Part shown: positions 61,520 through 64,000 of the stretch, piece after piece
Numbering within the stretch: the first letter of the stretch is position 1
How the letters are laid out: each line of letters starts with the position of its first letter
Assembly (NCBI RefSeq): GCF_001194135.2
Contig: NC_068982.1
Location: forward strand, 49,209,900-49,273,899
Source: Octopus bimaculoides
Lineage: Eukaryota
Direction of reading: 5' to 3'
Length of the DNA stretch: 64,000 nucleotides
Position numbers and translations under genes: made by a program
The notes under the pieces: model-generated
Databases searched by the model: none
Seen by the model: the letters and a program-made list of their open reading frames with translations, nothing else
Told to the model about the DNA's origin: nothing

Positions 61520-63900
61520 GTACCATCAAATCAAAAGTAATGAAGGAATCAACCATGTAATTTTCAAGGGTGATCTTAAATGTTATTTTAGTCGGTAGAA
61601 GAGACAAGATTCTTCCATAACAGTCTGTGATAAATTTCAGCAAATAGTTTGGCACCAAGATTAAGCTTGTAATGATAAAAGGGAATCGTCCTCTCGGACA
61701 AGAGGGCAATAAGATCACTACTTATGGGTGAGTTATTGAAATATTTTGATGTGTTGCAAGAGCAGATAAAATAGCAGGAAATAGAAAGTGAAGTTGGAGA
61801 AGAATATGAGAGAGTTCAGGCTCTGGAAAATGTGCGTGTAAGTTATTCCTTGTCATTGAAGCACAAAGAACATCAAAGGAACTGTTCAAAAGATGGAGAG
61901 ACATTTGAAATGAGATCTTGACAGTGTTTCACAGTTGAGGAGACTTGTTGTTACAGAAGACATCAATCAGTTGATATGATCAGCTTTGAAGAACTTTGAT
62001 AATATTATTTTTTGATGGTTTGGCTAGGAGGAAGTTGGTTATGTCTGTGATCTTCCCAAGTCCTCCAAGACTTGTGTGATTGATGTGACAGACATTCACC
62101 TTCAGCAGTTGTTAAGTCAATAGCTGCAGGAAAAGATTGGATTGGAAGAAAATTACATAGAGCTATAACATTGAGGACGAAGAATTTAATATAGTGGTCA
62201 GTGCAAAATCTTCAAGGAGTGATGGACAAACTATACAACCACCAGAATCCGTAATGTGTTTATTTGGTTCACTGTATAATTTAGCAAAGGAATAAAGTCT
62301 CACTGTTATTTTTTAGTTTGTTTCTTGTATTATTTTCATGGGTTAACACACAACACATGTCATATAATGGTGTACAAGATTCCATAGTAAATCAAGAGAA
62401 ACTTTACACCACACAGGTAAGATATGTTCAGTGAAGATGTTTTTGTGCTTTTGAAGGAGATAAAATTGACATGTCCCTATTGGAGGACAGTGTTGAGGCC
62501 ACTGCTCATGGAAATAGTGCATGCTCCATGTAGTATGATGAGGCTGCATATGAAGTGATGCCTCTGCATAGAAGGTTAAAGAGAAATGAAGGGTGAAGTC
62601 ATTTGCATAGGAACGGGCACCTTTGGATGGGATGGTAAGTAGATTATTGATATACTAGAAGAAGAGTGTCGAATGTGTAGGACACAACCAAACCTTAGTT
62701 CACACTGGAGTTGATATGTTGGCCAGAAAGAGTTTCATCCTTATAGGCTGTGATGGTGTGATCTGCCAGGAATCTTCGAATCCAAGCTATGTGAGATGGA
62801 TGGAGCCTATAGGCAGGCAGCTGAACTCTGAAATTTGTATGTTAGACACTATCAAAAGCTTTGCTGATGTCAGGTTCAGCGGTCTGGTTTTGTGGAAACT
62901 ATACTGATAGTTATTGAGGGGCAAGAGTAAAACTGAAAGTGTTGGAGAAGATTGTTGTTCACAAAAGTTTCCATCATGTATCAGATGTTGGAAGTGAGAT
63001 TAATAGAAGTCACTTAGGTTGCCCTTTATAAGAATGGGACATATCGTTGCATGCTTCAAAACAAAAACAAAATTAGAATAGATCGCTGGAGAGAGAGAGG
63101 TGGGGGGGGGATATTGTAAAGCTAGGCAAAGGTAGATGATAACAAGGATGAAACCTCTGTGGAAAATTAAAAGCAGAGGATGGTATTATCAGTATAAGAG
63201 TGAGTATTGATAGATGTAATGGCCAGTAAGTGTAACAGTGAAAATGTGCATTGCCATATGTTACAGTAGATTGAGTTGTTTAAAGCAGAAGAAACCAAGT
63301 TTCGAAAAGAAAAAAAACTGAATGGTGAAATGTCATCAACAAATTTTTATTTACCTCTGGTCAGTGTGACAGGTCTTGAGTTAGTAGCAGCAGGCAATAG
63401 TGGCAAATGAGAATATTCTTATTTGTGCCCTATGAGAAGTGGTGGAAGCAGTATGTCTAACAGGTCAAGCTGTCTGCTAGAAAGCAAAATGAAGGAAAAA
63501 GTACTGACCATTGCATTGGAGTGATCAAAAATTACTGACTCTGGGGCTTTGAGAGTGGTTCTATTTATATTTTCAGAGGAAACTTAATGTCTGCACCAGA
63601 ACAAAAAGATGCCATTCCTTATCTCCACTAAAGCCCAGCTAATTAAAGGGGCACTTTGAAACGAAGCATCCCAGTTCAATAAATAGAAATGTTGTCTTTT
63701 TCAGACACAAAACCAACAGATTGACGAAGTCCAGGCTTGATGACACAGGAATGCTTTCACTAGACATTACAGCTGGTTTGAAAGCATCCTATAAGGTTTC
63801 AAGGAAGATAGCTGTTGGTTATTATTGGTTACAAGTACTTCGTTATAACACCAGGAAAATATCGACAAAGAGTTGATATTGCCTTGCTACAGAGATCTCA
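61520..63900 (-). mobile_element. Degraded CR1-clade LINE ORF2
   Basis: Minus strand carries decayed GVP.GSVL..TLFL..IN..IHSYADD-like motifs near 62600-62720, plus downstream C-terminal remnants. Many stops and frameshifts. Confidence 0.5.
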
Positions 63901-64000
63901 TATCGAATGTGCTAGGAAGTTCTGAACTTCAGAAGCTAGAACATCTCTCTCTCTCTCTCTCTCTCTCTCAAATGATACTGTTAGCCGATCCATAACTGAG

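Overview
AT-rich, repeat-dominated eukaryotic DNA with nine N-gaps and abundant (TA)n, (CA)n, (CATA)n, (AAT)n, (CAT)n and (AG)n microsatellites. The repeat repertoire and an interstitial TTAGGG run suggest a coleoid cephalopod, most likely Octopus (inference, not database-verified). I found no convincing host protein-coding exon; most of the listed ORFs are microsatellite or gap artefacts, or transposon remnants. The window is a layered transposable element landscape: at least three tRNA-derived SINE families, many RTE LINE 3' ends, R4/Dong-type restriction-like-endonuclease (RLE) LINEs, CR1 and L1/Tx1-like relics, Penelope-like elements (PLEs) with hammerhead-ribozyme motifs, mariner (DD34D) elements, a Tc1-like element with DD36E spacing, hAT, piggyBac-like and other MITEs, and a MULE transposase. 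Three observations stand out. (1) A Penelope pseudo-LTR combines a tRNA-like Pol III promoter, an (AAT)n tract and a minimal hammerhead; it occurs attached to a GIY-YIG ORF with an inverted terminal copy and a TSD, as an ORF-less unit, and as a roughly 95-bp inverted footprint. (2) Three Dong-like insertions sit in (AAT)n tracts, each head-to-head with the same SINE family. (3) There is a full-length DD36E (Incomer-type) transposon. Coordinates of degraded elements are approximate; TIR and TSD coordinates were read base by base.
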